The position numbers and the translations under genes are program-made. The notes below the pieces were generated by a model that made no database searches, was not told the DNA's origin, and saw only the letters and a list, made by a program, of their open reading frames with translations. A DNA stretch of 64,000 nucleotides, from assembly GCA_963825055.1 (NCBI GenBank), contig CAWGSK010000009.1, forward strand, positions 254,977 through 318,976. Reading direction: 5' to 3'. This DNA is from an uncultured Gemmatimonadales bacterium. Lineage in GTDB: Bacteria > Gemmatimonadota > Gemmatimonadetes > Gemmatimonadales > GWC2-71-9. This document shows, piece after piece, positions 17,389-28,279 of the stretch (positions are counted from its first letter, which is position 1; each line of letters opens with the position of its first letter).

Positions 17389-19236
17389 ATGGACCATTCC
17401 AGTGCGCGTGCATCGTGGTATGAGTTCGCCGACGCGCTGCCGGACACCCTCCTGGTGTTCTCGGCCGACGGGCTTCTCCTGCACGCCGGGATGTCGGCCC
17501 GGGCCCTCCTGGGACGTGACCCGCCGGCCCTCCTTCAACGATACCTCGGCGATCTGGTTCATCCGGACGACCGTTCCGGGGCGCTCCGCCTCCTCGCCCA
17601 CTGCCTGTCCAACCCCGGATCAAACCATATCGCAATCCTGCGCTTCGGGCATGGCGACGGTTCCTGGATCGAGTGCGAGGCGGCAATGACATCCTCCGGC
17701 GTCGTGCGGGCAGCCGGGGAATGCCTGTGGCTGCTCCGCCCCTCGGGTGAACGGAGTGCCGCGGAGCTGGAGACACGGGAGCGCGAACAGCTCTTCCGGG
17801 CGATGGTGGAGACCATGCCGGACTGCGTCATCCTGGTCGATGACACCCGCTGCGTACGGGAGGCGAATGCAGAAGCGCGTGAGTTGCTGAAACTGCCCCC
17901 GGAAGCCATGGGCGGCGTGTTCCTCGACCCGTTGTTCCCCGCCGATTCGGCGCTTGCCTCGGGATGGGAGACCTTCGTGGCCGAGGGTTCCTTCCGGGGC
18001 AGGATCCGGGTGGACCTGCCGGAGGGTCCCCGGCTGCTGGATGTCGCGGGGCGCGCGCATATCCTGCCTGGACGCCACCTGGCCATCTTTCGCGACGTGA
18101 CCGAGCGGGTCGAGCTTGACCGGCAGCTTCGGCATGAAGCCCGGCTGGCCGTGGCGACCCGGGTCGGTGGGGGGATCGCCGACACCATGGGCGACCTGGT
18201 CAATACGCTGTTCGAGAGCTGCGAGCGGCTCGAGAGCCACCTGCCCGACGGCTCGGCTGGCCGGGCCGACGCTGAGCGGATCCGTCGCGCGGCCGCCGGC
18301 GCCGCCACTCTGGCCCGCCAGCTGAAGGCGTTCAGCCAGCGGCTCGCCCTCCAGCCCGCGCGGGTGAATCTCAATCATGCGCTGGCTGCCCTGGAACCAA
18401 TGCTCCGCCAGCTCGCCGGCCCCCCCATCGAGGTGCAGACACGCTCTGGTGACGGCCCGCAGGCGGCCTGGGTCGATCCGTCACAGTTCGATCAAATCGT
18501 ACTCTCGGTCGTTCGGCGCGCGATCGGAATGATGCCGGAGGGCGGGCGCCTCACCATTGAGACAGGGCAGGACTCCCCCGTGGCGGGCTACGCCACGGGA
18601 ACGCATGTCATGCTCTCGGTCACCGACAGCGGCCCGACCCTCTCGGCCAGCGCGCGGGACAGCGCGTTCCTCCCATTCTCCGAGCCGGGCGAGGACGGCG
18701 ATCTCGGCCTGAGTGTGGCGTGGGGCATCGTCCAGCAGAGCGCCGGGAGCCTCACCATCGACCAGGCACCCGGGGGTGGCTCCTCCGTGAGGATCTACCT
18801 CCCGGCCGCACCGGCTGATGTTCCCGGGCGCGCGTCCGGCGAGGTGCAGCCGGGAGAACGGCTGGCCCGGATCCTCCTGGTAGAGGATGACCCGGCCGTG
18901 CGGCGCGTGACGGAACGCATCCTGCGCAACCACGGCTACACCGTGGTGGCCGCCGCGAGCGGCACCGAGGCGCTTCGGGTCGCCGACGGAATGGTGGAGG
19001 GCATTGACCTGCTGCTCACCGACGTCATGATGCCGGGGATCAGCGGCGCCGACCTCGCCACCCAGCTGCGCCAGGAGCGGGACACACTCCGCATCCTCTT
19101 CATGTCCGGCTACATCAACATTCCCGCGCTGGAACAGGACGTGATCCGGGAGAGCCTCCTGCTGGTGAAGCCCTTCACTCCCGCCGAACTGCTGGACCAC
19201 GTGCGTCAGGCGCTGGGCATCCGGGAAACCACCTGA
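17389..19236 (+). CDS. PAS-PAS hybrid histidine kinase/receiver with degenerate kinase core (putative pseudokinase)
   Basis: PAS (VHPDDR); H-box GGIADTMGDL lacks His; N/G boxes eroded; receiver intact (EDD, LLLTDVMMP, MSGY, KPF). Confidence 0.88.
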   Translation: MDHSSARASWYEFADALPDTLLVFSADGLLLHAGMSARALLGRDPPALLQRYLGDLVHPDDRSGALRLLAHCLSNPGSNHIAILRFGHGDGSWIECEAAMTSSGVVRAAGECLWLLRPSGERSAAELETREREQLFRAMVETMPDCVILVDDTRCVREANAEARELLKLPPEAMGGVFLDPLFPADSALASGWETFVAEGSFRGRIRVDLPEGPRLLDVAGRAHILPGRHLAIFRDVTERVELDRQLRHEARLAVATRVGGGIADTMGDLVNTLFESCERLESHLPDGSAGRADAERIRRAAAGAATLARQLKAFSQRLALQPARVNLNHALAALEPMLRQLAGPPIEVQTRSGDGPQAAWVDPSQFDQIVLSVVRRAIGMMPEGGRLTIETGQDSPVAGYATGTHVMLSVTDSGPTLSASARDSAFLPFSEPGEDGDLGLSVAWGIVQQSAGSLTIDQAPGGGSSVRIYLPAAPADVPGRASGEVQPGERLARILLVEDDPAVRRVTERILRNHGYTVVAAASGTEALRVADGMVEGIDLLLTDVMMPGISGADLATQLRQERDTLRILFMSGYINIPALEQDVIRESLLLVKPFTPAELLDHVRQALGIRETT

Positions 19237-19238
19237 GC

Positions 19239-21137
19239 ATGAACCGGCCACGGGACGACCCCCGGGCGCCGGACGCAGGACGGCCCTCCCCCGTCCGGGC
19301 CATGCTGCAGCGCCTCCGGATCGGTACGTTCCGTGCGGAAGGCTCGCGGCTGCTGGACGCCAATCCCGCCCTGATCGCCCTGCTCGGTTATGAGAGCCTG
19401 GACGAAATCCGCACGATCCCGGTCGCGGCGCTCTTTCCCGGCCCGGAGGCATACCCGGACCTGGTCTCCCGCCTGGCCGGTGGCGAGACCGTAACGGACG
19501 TCGAACTGGAGATGCTCCGAGGGGACGGCACGAGGGAACTGGTATCGCTCACCGCAGGTCTCGAACCCGGCGGCGAGATCCTCGAAGCAGTGGTGGAGGA
19601 TGTCGGACAGCGGCGGACGGCGGCCCAGCGGCTCAGGGCATCGGAGGCGGAACTGGAGGCCCTGTTCACGGCGATGACCGACGTCATCCTGGTGATCGAC
19701 CGCGAGGGGCGGTATCTCAAGGTCGCACCCACCAACACGGCCGCGCTCGTCCGTCCGCCGGATGAACTGCTCGGGCATACCATCCACGACTTCTTTCCCC
19801 GCTCCACCGCCGACATCTTCCTGCGCTACATCGCGGAGGCTCTGGAGACGCGGTCACCCGTGCAGGCGGAGTACCGGATCGAGGTCGAGCAGGGGGACCG
19901 GTGGTTTGACGCCACGATTTCTCCGATGCTCGAGGACTCCGTCGTCTGGGTCGCGCGGGACGTGACGGCCCATAAACAGATGCAGGACCAGCTCCAGCAG
20001 GCAGTCAAGATGGAAGCCGTCGGCCGCCTGGCGGGCGGGATCGCCCATGACTTCAATAACCTGCTGACCGCCATTCTCGGCACCAGTGCGCTGGTCCTGG
20101 ACGAACTCGCCGGGACCGACCCGCACCAGGAGGATCTCCTGGAGATCCGTCGGGCCGCGGAGCGGGCCGGCGGACTTACCCGGCAGCTCCTGGCCTTCAG
20201 CCGACGGCAGGTCCTGCAGCCCCGGGTCATCGAGGTGAATGGCATCGTCCGCACAGTCGACACGCTGCTCCTCCGACTGCTGGGCGAGGACGTACAGCGC
20301 CGCAAATCACTTGCGCCGGATCTCGGCCTGGTCCGCGCCGACCCGGGCCAGCTCGAGCAGGTCATCGTGAACCTGGCCCTCAACGCGCGGGATGCCATGC
20401 CGGAAGGCGGCGTGCTCACCATCGAAACGGCGAACGTGGAACTCGGCGGCCAGAAATTCGCCGGCTTTACCGCCATCCCGGGCCCGTATGTCCGGTTGAG
20501 TGTCCGGGATACGGGTTCGGGTATCTCCCCGAGGGTACGGCTTCACCTCTTCGAGCCGTTCTTCACGACCAAGGAGCGCGGCAAGGGCACCGGTCTTGGC
20601 CTGGCGACGGTGTACGGGATCGTCAAGCAGAGCGGCGGATACATCGATGTCGCCTCGGAGGAGGGGAAGGGCTCGACGTTCCACATCTACCTTCCGAAGG
20701 TGGAGGGGCCACTCGATCCCCCCCTCGATGTACCGCAGGCCGCGCCCGCCAGAGCGTCTGGCGGGGGCACGGTCCTGCTCGTGGAAGACGAGGCGCCTGT
20801 ACGCCGGCTTTGCCGCCGGGTGCTCGAATCCAACGGATTCATCGTGCTGGAAGCCTCGTCTGGAGAAGAGGGCCTGCGCATCGCCATTGACCATGATGGT
20901 CCACTCGACGTCGTCCTCACGGATGTTGTCATGCCCGGCATGAGCGGAGCCGAGATGGTGCGTCGACTCCAGCGCTACCGTGCGGATTTCGCCCCCATCT
21001 ACAGCAGCGGATATGCCGACGACGCCATCGCGCGCCACGGCGTGATCACCCCCGGAGAGAACTTTCTCCAGAAGCCGTTCACCCCAGAGCTCCTGCTGGC
21101 AAGCGTCCGCAGGGTGCTGAGTTCACCGGAGCCATGA
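19239..21137 (+). CDS. PAS-PAS hybrid histidine kinase/response regulator (CckA-like), intact
   Basis: [49 protein letters not shown], intact receiver. Confidence 0.95.
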   Translation: MNRPRDDPRAPDAGRPSPVRAMLQRLRIGTFRAEGSRLLDANPALIALLGYESLDEIRTIPVAALFPGPEAYPDLVSRLAGGETVTDVELEMLRGDGTRELVSLTAGLEPGGEILEAVVEDVGQRRTAAQRLRASEAELEALFTAMTDVILVIDREGRYLKVAPTNTAALVRPPDELLGHTIHDFFPRSTADIFLRYIAEALETRSPVQAEYRIEVEQGDRWFDATISPMLEDSVVWVARDVTAHKQMQDQLQQAVKMEAVGRLAGGIAHDFNNLLTAILGTSALVLDELAGTDPHQEDLLEIRRAAERAGGLTRQLLAFSRRQVLQPRVIEVNGIVRTVDTLLLRLLGEDVQRRKSLAPDLGLVRADPGQLEQVIVNLALNARDAMPEGGVLTIETANVELGGQKFAGFTAIPGPYVRLSVRDTGSGISPRVRLHLFEPFFTTKERGKGTGLGLATVYGIVKQSGGYIDVASEEGKGSTFHIYLPKVEGPLDPPLDVPQAAPARASGGGTVLLVEDEAPVRRLCRRVLESNGFIVLEASSGEEGLRIAIDHDGPLDVVLTDVVMPGMSGAEMVRRLQRYRADFAPIYSSGYADDAIARHGVITPGENFLQKPFTPELLLASVRRVLSSPEP

Positions 21138-21610
21138 TGACCTTGAGATCCCTGCACCTGTCCCTGCTCGTCCTGCTGCTTGCGGCGCTCCCCCTTCCGG
21201 CGGCGGCCCAGGAGCGTGGCCTCTCCCGCGGCGTCGAAGCAGCCATCCGGACCGGCCGGGATTTCTCGGATGACAAGTGGATGGCCGGCGGCGGCATCCG
21301 GGTGCCGGTCTGGCGGCTCTGGGAACTGCGCCCCAGTGCCGACGTCCTCCTGACCGACGGACATCCCTGGCAGGGGAACCTGGACGTGGCCGTCCTCGGT
21401 CCGCGCGGCGCCGGCTATCTCGGGTTCGGATACGCGCGCGTCCGCCGGGCATGGGATGGCGACTCCACCCAGGCCTGGGGCGACGGGGTCAACGGGTTTG
21501 TCGGCATCTCCACCGTCCTCCCCGCCACCTTCCGCCCGTTTCTCGAGGCGAGATGGACCCGCGCCCGCGGAGAAACCCTCTTCCGCCTGGTTCTCGGCTT
21601 CAACTTCTAG
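21134..21610 (+). CDS. Putative small outer-membrane beta-barrel protein
   Basis: Signal peptide ending AAA-Q; amphipathic strands; terminal LGFNF. Confidence 0.65.
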   Translation: MMTLRSLHLSLLVLLLAALPLPAAAQERGLSRGVEAAIRTGRDFSDDKWMAGGGIRVPVWRLWELRPSADVLLTDGHPWQGNLDVAVLGPRGAGYLGFGYARVRRAWDGDSTQAWGDGVNGFVGISTVLPATFRPFLEARWTRARGETLFRLVLGFNF

Positions 21611-21650
21611 TACCCGCCGCGCCCCCTTGACCATACCAGCCGGCCCGGTT

Positions 21651-21668
21651 TTCATACATGCGTATGAA
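21651..21668. promoter_or_regulatory. Putative TetR operator palindrome overlapping the tetR start
   Basis: TTCATAC-N4-GTATGAA; TTGACC at 21627-21632 upstream. Confidence 0.7.
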
Positions 21669-22278
21669 CGAAACCGAAGCCACCAGGGATCGCCTGCTAA
21701 GGACGGCCCAGCGCCTCTTCGCCCGCCACGGGTACAGGGGGGCAAGTGTCCGCCGCATCACGGAGGAGGCGGGCACGAACCTCGGTGCGATTACATATCA
21801 CTTCGGTTCCAAGGACGCTCTCTACCAGGCCGTCCTGAGCCAGTTGATCGATCCGCTCCTCCAGCGTGCCACGGCCGCGGTTTCCGAAGACGCGCCACCG
21901 CTCGACCGGGTTGAGAGCCTGATGCGGGCCATTTTCGACCACATGCTGTCCAATGCCGACGTGCCCTGCCTCATGATGCACCAGATGACCATGGCGGGGC
22001 AGTTCCCCGCCCCGGGACGCCGGGCTCAACTCGAGGTGCGGGGCATGCTGGAAGCCCTGGTCAAGGAGGGCCAGAAGGACGGCAGTATCCGGAAGGGTGA
22101 TCCCTCCCTGCTGGCACTCAGCGTGGTGGCGCAACCGATCTATTTCGCCCTGGCCTGGCGCCCGCTGGCAGAGGTACACGGGGTGGACCTGAGCGATGGA
22201 TCAGTGCGTACGAACCTGGTGGCCCACGCCATCGATTTCGCCCGGCGGGGACTCGCACCCGGTATCACGGGTGGGTAA
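21664..22278 (+). CDS. TetR/AcrR family transcriptional regulator
   Basis: TRDRLLRTAQRLFARHGY..SVRRIT..AITYHFGSKDALY. Confidence 0.93.
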   Translation: MNETEATRDRLLRTAQRLFARHGYRGASVRRITEEAGTNLGAITYHFGSKDALYQAVLSQLIDPLLQRATAAVSEDAPPLDRVESLMRAIFDHMLSNADVPCLMMHQMTMAGQFPAPGRRAQLEVRGMLEALVKEGQKDGSIRKGDPSLLALSVVAQPIYFALAWRPLAEVHGVDLSDGSVRTNLVAHAIDFARRGLAPGITGG

Positions 22279-22380
22279 CGGCGGCAGCGGCGACCGCAAT
22301 CCCGGTTGGAGGGATTCCGTCGCAGGTCTATCATCCGGGCTTATCGGTGGGGCACCTGAATGGGGAAGTGTGGCGGACAG

Positions 22381-23973
22381 ATGAGCAAACGGCTGATATC
22401 GACTCTTCGTGGAATATGGCTGGCAGCTGCGCTCACTCCCGCGGCGGCCGTGGCCCAGCAGCAGGCTCCCCTGGTGCTCTCCCTCCCCGATGCGCTCGAC
22501 CTGGCCCGGCAATCGAGTGAGACAGTGGAGCTGGCCCGCACTGGCCTGCGTCGCTCGGAGGGCCAGCTCTTCCAGGCAAGAAGCGGGTACTTCCCGCAGC
22601 TCTCCGGGAGCGCATCCTACACCCGGACGCTCGCGTCTCAGTTCAGTTCCCTCCAGTCTGACAGTCCGGACACCACGACCGCGCCTGCCTCCTGCGAACG
22701 GTTCCGGGCCGATCCGACCATGCCGATCGGCGCCCGGGTGGACTCGCTGGAAAGCGCGGTGGAGTGTCTTTCCAGCGTCAACCCGTTCTCGGCCTTCTCC
22801 GACCTCCCCTTCGGTCGCGAGAACCAGTATTCCTTCGGACTGCAGTTGTCCCAGAACCTCTTCACCGGCGGACGGCTGAGCGGCCAGAACCGGGCTGCAC
22901 AGGCCACCCGTCGCGCGTCGGAAATCGGCGTGACCGCCGCCGAGGCGGCGCTCACCCTGGATGTGACCAGGGCCTACCTTGACGCAATCCTCGCCGATCG
23001 CCTTCTCGACATCGCCCGTGCCTCGCTGGGCCAGGCCGATTCGACATATGAGCAGGTCAGGCTCGGCGCGGAGGTCGGCACTCAGGCCGAGTTCGACCTG
23101 CTGCGTGCCCAGGTGGCGCGGGACAACCAGCGGCCGGTCGTGATCCAGCGCGCTGCCGCGCGGGACATCGCCTATCTCCGGCTGCGCCAGCTCCTGAACC
23201 TGCCCACCGAGAGGCCGGTCGAGCTTGCAAGCAGACTGGACGACAGTACCGCGGCGCCGATTCCCGGGGTTCCCATGGAACTCGAGGCGGCGGACACCGC
23301 GCTGCAACAGCGAGCTCCCGTGCAACAGGCCGAGGCCGCGGTGGCGGCCCGGGAGGGATTGCTCAAGGCCGCGAGGGCCCAGCACTTCCCCAGCCTCACG
23401 CTCACGTCCCAGTACGCCCAGCTCGCTTACCCATCCTCCGCGTTCCCGGGTGCCGGTGATTTCGTGACCGACTGGACGGTGGCCGTGGCGCTTCAGCTGC
23501 CGATCTTCACGGGCGGACGAATTCACGGTGACGTCATGGTGGCGCGCGCGAACCTCGACGAGGCCCGGCAGCGGCTCAGCCTGACGCGAAAGGCTGCCCA
23601 ACTCGACGCCTTCACGGCCTCGTCCAACCTTGCGGCGGCCCGCGCCACGTGGGAGGCCAGCCGCGGGACGGTGGAACAGGCGCGCCGCGCCTGGAGCATC
23701 GCGCAGATCCGATACCGTGAAGGCATTTCCACCCAGCTCGAACTCAATGACGCGCGGCTTCAGTTGCAGCAGGCGGAAGCCAACCGTGCCCAGGCCACCC
23801 GGGACCTCCAGGTCGCGCGGGTGCGCGCCGCGCTCCTGCCGGACCTGCCGCTGGCGCAGGCAGGCGATGGTACGACGGGCGCGGCCGACGCGGCTTCGAC
23901 GACCACGATGACCACCACACCGGCCACCGGCACGCGGTCGGCCGTGACGACGACAGGAATTCCCAGACAATGA
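22381..23973 (+). CDS. TolC-family outer membrane efflux protein
   Basis: Signal peptide; LSLPDAL, ARSGYFPQL, LQLPIFTGG, RYREGISTQLEL. Confidence 0.92.
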   Translation: MSKRLISTLRGIWLAAALTPAAAVAQQQAPLVLSLPDALDLARQSSETVELARTGLRRSEGQLFQARSGYFPQLSGSASYTRTLASQFSSLQSDSPDTTTAPASCERFRADPTMPIGARVDSLESAVECLSSVNPFSAFSDLPFGRENQYSFGLQLSQNLFTGGRLSGQNRAAQATRRASEIGVTAAEAALTLDVTRAYLDAILADRLLDIARASLGQADSTYEQVRLGAEVGTQAEFDLLRAQVARDNQRPVVIQRAAARDIAYLRLRQLLNLPTERPVELASRLDDSTAAPIPGVPMELEAADTALQQRAPVQQAEAAVAAREGLLKAARAQHFPSLTLTSQYAQLAYPSSAFPGAGDFVTDWTVAVALQLPIFTGGRIHGDVMVARANLDEARQRLSLTRKAAQLDAFTASSNLAAARATWEASRGTVEQARRAWSIAQIRYREGISTQLELNDARLQLQQAEANRAQATRDLQVARVRAALLPDLPLAQAGDGTTGAADAASTTTMTTTPATGTRSAVTTTGIPRQ

Positions 23974-25094
23974 GACACCCGCTCGCGATGGTCGCCCTGA
24001 CCGCAGTTCTGCCAATCCTGATGTCCTGCGGAGGAAAGGTGGAGACCGCCGACACCAGGGACGAGCCTGTGACCCTGGGGGCTGAGAACATCGCCGTGGT
24101 CACCGAGGACACTATCCGGTCCGGGCCCACCATCTCGGGGCAGCTGACACCCGTCCGGGAGGCGCGGATGCGCGCTGAGGTCAGCGGCGCCGTGGTGGAG
24201 GTTCGCGCGGAGCAGGGGCAGGCGGTCTCCCGCGGAACGGTGCTCGGCCGGATCGAGTCGGCCTCCCTGCTGGAAGCGGAACGTTCGGCCAGCGCTGCTC
24301 TCCGGCAGGCCGAGGCCGCGATGGCGCAGGCGCGTCGGGACGCGGAGCGCTCCGCGACCCTCGCGGCCGCCGGTGCGATTCCCCAGCGTGACCTGGAGCA
24401 GGCGCAGCAGGCCGAGACCAGGGCCGAGGCCGCCGTTGCTGACGCCAGGGCACGCCTGAGCACGGCGAGTCGACAGCTGGGCAACGCGACCATCCGGGCG
24501 CCATTCAGCGGTGTCGTAAGCGAGAGAAGCGTCAGCCTGGGCGATGTCGTCCAGTCGGGGACCGCCCTGTTCACGGTAGTGGATCCCTCGAGCATGGAAC
24601 TGGAGGCAGCCGTTCCCGCGCGGAGCATGGATGCCCTCCGGGAGGGTAAGACGGTGCGGTTCCAGGTGACCGGCTACCCGGAACGGTACTTCGAGGGCGT
24701 GATCGACCGGATCAGCCCCACCGCGGACCCAGGCACGGGGCAGGTCAGGATCTACGTCGCGATTCCGAATGAACGCGGGACACTGGTGGGCGGACTGTTC
24801 GCGGAGGGCCGGGTGGCCACCCAGACCTCGGTCGGCGCGGCGATTCCGCGTGCCGCCCTGGATGAGCGGGGACTCGCCCCCGTGGTCTACCAGGTCAGGA
24901 ACGCGCAGGTACGGAAGGTGGCGGTCGCCACCGGACTCAAGGACGAGATCGCCGAGCGGGTCGAAATCACTTCCGGCCTAAGCGTCGGCGACACGGTGCT
25001 GATGGGGTCAGCCCAGGGGCTGGCCGACGGCACCGTCGTGCGAATCCGGCAGGACCCGCGCGTGCCGTCCGACTCCAGCCGCCCGATGAACTGA
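23970..25094 (+). CDS. RND efflux periplasmic adaptor (MFP) lipoprotein
   Basis: Lipobox LMSC; AEVSGAV, IRAPFSGVV, G.FAEG. Confidence 0.92.
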   Translation: MRHPLAMVALTAVLPILMSCGGKVETADTRDEPVTLGAENIAVVTEDTIRSGPTISGQLTPVREARMRAEVSGAVVEVRAEQGQAVSRGTVLGRIESASLLEAERSASAALRQAEAAMAQARRDAERSATLAAAGAIPQRDLEQAQQAETRAEAAVADARARLSTASRQLGNATIRAPFSGVVSERSVSLGDVVQSGTALFTVVDPSSMELEAAVPARSMDALREGKTVRFQVTGYPERYFEGVIDRISPTADPGTGQVRIYVAIPNERGTLVGGLFAEGRVATQTSVGAAIPRAALDERGLAPVVYQVRNAQVRKVAVATGLKDEIAERVEITSGLSVGDTVLMGSAQGLADGTVVRIRQDPRVPSDSSRPMN

Positions 25095-25103
25095 GGATCA
25101 ACG

Positions 25104-28100
25104 GTGTTCATATCCGACTTTGCGATCAAGCGCCCCATTGTCACGATCACCACGATCCTGGCGCTGGTCGCGTTCGGCCTTGCCGCCCTGATCAACCTGC
25201 AGACAGACGAGTTCCCCGACATCCAGCAGCCGGTGGTCGCGGTGTCTATCATCTATCCCGGCGCATCGCCCGAGGTGGTCGAGCGGGAAATCGTGGACCC
25301 GGTCGAAGACGCCATCTTCAGCATCAGCGGGATCGACGGGCCGAAAACCATCTCGAGCGCGACTGACGGCCTGGCGTCCTTTGTCGTCTTCTTCGACTTC
25401 GAGAAGGACGTCCAGCAGGCCACCCAGGACATCCGCGACGCCATCAGCAGCAAGCGGGCCGACCTGCCGCAGGAGATGGAAGAACCGATCATCACGCGGT
25501 TCGATCCGGCGGAGGAGCCGATCCTCTCCCTGACCCTGTCCTCCGACCGGCTTCCCGCAACCGTACTCACGCGAATCGCCGACCCGACGGTAACCCGGGA
25601 GCTGCGGAGCATCCCGGGCGTGGCCGACGTCAGCGTGATCGGTGGCATCACACGGGAACTCACCGTGCAGGTGCGCCCGGAGGCGCTTCAGGGCGCGGGC
25701 GTCAGCGTGGCACAGGTGGTTCAGGCGCTCCAGAGCCAGAACCTGGCGGCGCCGGTCGGCCGCCTCACCAGCGACCTCGAGGAGCGGAGCATCCGCCTCA
25801 AGGGCCGCCTGGAGCGTCCGGAGGACTTCCAGGCGCTCGTCGTGGCCGAGCGGGATGGCGGGACCATCCGTCTGGGGCAGGTGGCGGACGTGATGGATGG
25901 CACCGAGGAGCCCCGCACCCTGGCGCTCTTCAATGGGCGCGAGGCGATCGGCATCGACATCAAGAAATCCAAGGGGTACAGCACGACGGCGGTGGCCGAC
26001 CGGATCCGCGAGCGCATCACGGAACTGCAGGCCCGCCTCCCTGAGGGCGCCACGCTGGAGATCGTGCGCGACGCCGGCGTGCGGGTGAGCCACGCCGTCC
26101 AGAATGTGCAGGAGGCGCTGGTGGAAGGCGCCCTGCTGACGGTGGTGGTGGTGTTCCTGTTCCTCAATTCCTGGCGCTCCACGGTCATCACGGGCCTGGC
26201 GCTGCCGGTGAGTGTGCTGGCTTCGTTCGTCGCGGTGTGGGCGTTCGGTTTCACGCTGAACACTATGTCGCTCCTCGGCCTGTCCCTGGCCATCGGCATT
26301 CTGATCGACGACGCGATCGTGGTGCGGGAGAACATCGTCCGGCACATCGAAATGGGGAAGGACCACTACGTAGCCTCCCAGGAGGGGACGGACGAGATCG
26401 GCCTCGCGGTGGCGGCGACGACGTTTTCCATCGTGGCGGTTTTTGTACCGGTCGCCTTCATGTACGGGGTGGCGGGCCAGTGGTTCAAGCCCTTTGCCCT
26501 CACCATCGCCTGCGCGGTCCTGGTCTCCCTCTTCGTCAGTTTCTCGCTCGACCCGATGCTGTCGGCCTACTGGGCCGACCCGCAGGTCGAGGCGCATGAA
26601 CGTCGGAACCCGATCGCCCGCACGCTCGAGCGGTTCAACCGGTGGTTCGATCGCCAGGCCGAGAACTACAAGCGCCTGGTGGGCTGGGCCCTTGACCACC
26701 GCCTGTTCGTGGCGCTCGTCGGCATCGGCGCGTTCGTGGGCGCGATCGCCCTCCAGGTGGCCTTCGGCGGGGCAGGTTTCGTCCCCGAAAGCGACCGGAG
26801 CGAGATCACCCTGATCGTGGAAACCCCGCCGGGGTCGAGCCTGCATTACACCCGCCTCAAGACCGAGGAGGTGGCGCAGGTCGCGCGGAACCATCCGGAG
26901 GTCGCCTACACCTACACCACCATCGGGACGCCGCTGCCGCTCCGCGCGCCCGGTGTGGACCAGGCGCAGGTCTACGTGCGCCTGGTCCCGAAGGCCGATC
27001 GCTCGATCAGCCAGGCCGAACTCGGCCAGCTGATGCGCGGCGAGCTGAATCAGGTCGGGGGTACGACGGTGTCCGTATTCACCAGCGGGTTCGGCGGTGC
27101 GTTCAAGCAGATCCAGCTCCAGATGAGCGGTGACGATATCGCCAGGCTCACGGAGCTGGCCGAGCGCGCGAAGGAGATCGTCAGGCAGGTGCCGGGGGCA
27201 GTGGATGTCGGACTCAGCACCCGGGGGCAGAAGCCGGAACTCACGGTGTCGCTCCACCGGGGACTGGCCGGGCAGCTGGGGATTACGGTGGGCCAGGTCG
27301 CCCAGTCGCTTCGCCCGGCGTTCGCGGGGCTCGATGCCGGCGACTGGGTGGACCCGAGTGGCGAAACCCGGGACGTCACGGTCCGGCTCCGGCCGGAGAG
27401 CCGCGAGCGCCCGGAGGACCTGGCCCGCCTGCCGCTCGTCGTGCCCGGCCGGGATGGCCAGTTTGCAACCGTGCCACTCGGGCAGGTGGCGGACATTCAG
27501 CAGGGCGTCGGCCCCGCCCAGATCAACCACCTGGACCGGGACAAAGTGATCAATGTGGAGGCGAACGTCTCAGGCCGGTCGCTCAACGAAGTGGTCAAGG
27601 ACATCGAGTCACGATTCGCCGCGCAGCTGCGGCTCCCGCCAGGGTACGCCATCAGCCAGGGCGGGGAGACACGGGACCAGAACGAGGTGTTCTCGCGCAT
27701 CTTCACCGCGCTGGGCATCGCCGTGCTGCTGATGTACCTGATCCTCGTGGTGCAGTTCGGTTCCTTCCTGGATCCACTGGCCATCCTCCTCTCGCTGCCG
27801 CTCTCCCTGATCGGCGTGGTGCTCGCCCTCCTGATCACGGGCGACACGCTCAACATCATGAGCCTGATCGGGGTGATCCTCCTGATGGGCATCGTCGCCA
27901 AGAACGCGATCCTGCTGATCGACTTCGCCAAGTGGGGCCAGGAAAATGACGGACTGTCCCTCCGGGACTCGCTCATCGAGGCCGGCCGTATCCGGCTCCG
28001 GCCCATCATGATGACCACGTTCGCGCTCATCGCAGGCATGATTCCGGTGGCGCTCGGCCGGGGGGAGGGCGCCGACTTCCGCGCCCCGCTGGGGCGAGCC

Positions 28101-28256
28101 GTGATTGGCGGCGTGATCACCTCGACGTTCCTCACGCTGCTCGTCATCCCCACGGTGTACGAGATCCTGATCCAGTGGCGTGGCGGTCTGGGCCGGGTGT
28201 TCGGACGCTGGCTCGGACAGCCCGCCAAGGCCCCGGCAACAGAGTCGCATCCGTGA
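25104..28256 (+). CDS. RND efflux permease (AcrB/AcrD/AcrF family)
   Basis: 1050 aa; [38 protein letters not shown]. Confidence 0.96.
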   Translation: MFISDFAIKRPIVTITTILALVAFGLAALINLQTDEFPDIQQPVVAVSIIYPGASPEVVEREIVDPVEDAIFSISGIDGPKTISSATDGLASFVVFFDFEKDVQQATQDIRDAISSKRADLPQEMEEPIITRFDPAEEPILSLTLSSDRLPATVLTRIADPTVTRELRSIPGVADVSVIGGITRELTVQVRPEALQGAGVSVAQVVQALQSQNLAAPVGRLTSDLEERSIRLKGRLERPEDFQALVVAERDGGTIRLGQVADVMDGTEEPRTLALFNGREAIGIDIKKSKGYSTTAVADRIRERITELQARLPEGATLEIVRDAGVRVSHAVQNVQEALVEGALLTVVVVFLFLNSWRSTVITGLALPVSVLASFVAVWAFGFTLNTMSLLGLSLAIGILIDDAIVVRENIVRHIEMGKDHYVASQEGTDEIGLAVAATTFSIVAVFVPVAFMYGVAGQWFKPFALTIACAVLVSLFVSFSLDPMLSAYWADPQVEAHERRNPIARTLERFNRWFDRQAENYKRLVGWALDHRLFVALVGIGAFVGAIALQVAFGGAGFVPESDRSEITLIVETPPGSSLHYTRLKTEEVAQVARNHPEVAYTYTTIGTPLPLRAPGVDQAQVYVRLVPKADRSISQAELGQLMRGELNQVGGTTVSVFTSGFGGAFKQIQLQMSGDDIARLTELAERAKEIVRQVPGAVDVGLSTRGQKPELTVSLHRGLAGQLGITVGQVAQSLRPAFAGLDAGDWVDPSGETRDVTVRLRPESRERPEDLARLPLVVPGRDGQFATVPLGQVADIQQGVGPAQINHLDRDKVINVEANVSGRSLNEVVKDIESRFAAQLRLPPGYAISQGGETRDQNEVFSRIFTALGIAVLLMYLILVVQFGSFLDPLAILLSLPLSLIGVVLALLITGDTLNIMSLIGVILLMGIVAKNAILLIDFAKWGQENDGLSLRDSLIEAGRIRLRPIMMTTFALIAGMIPVALGRGEGADFRAPLGRAVIGGVITSTFLTLLVIPTVYEILIQWRGGLGRVFGRWLGQPAKAPATESHP

Positions 28257-28279
28257 CTCACACCGGGGCTTGACGCCTC

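Noticed and set aside
25098..27530. Long antisense ORFs (810 aa here; also 46535..49027, 22201..24015, 9397..11115, 38362..40170)
   Set aside because: These are shadow frames of GC-rich genes with no recognisable motifs.
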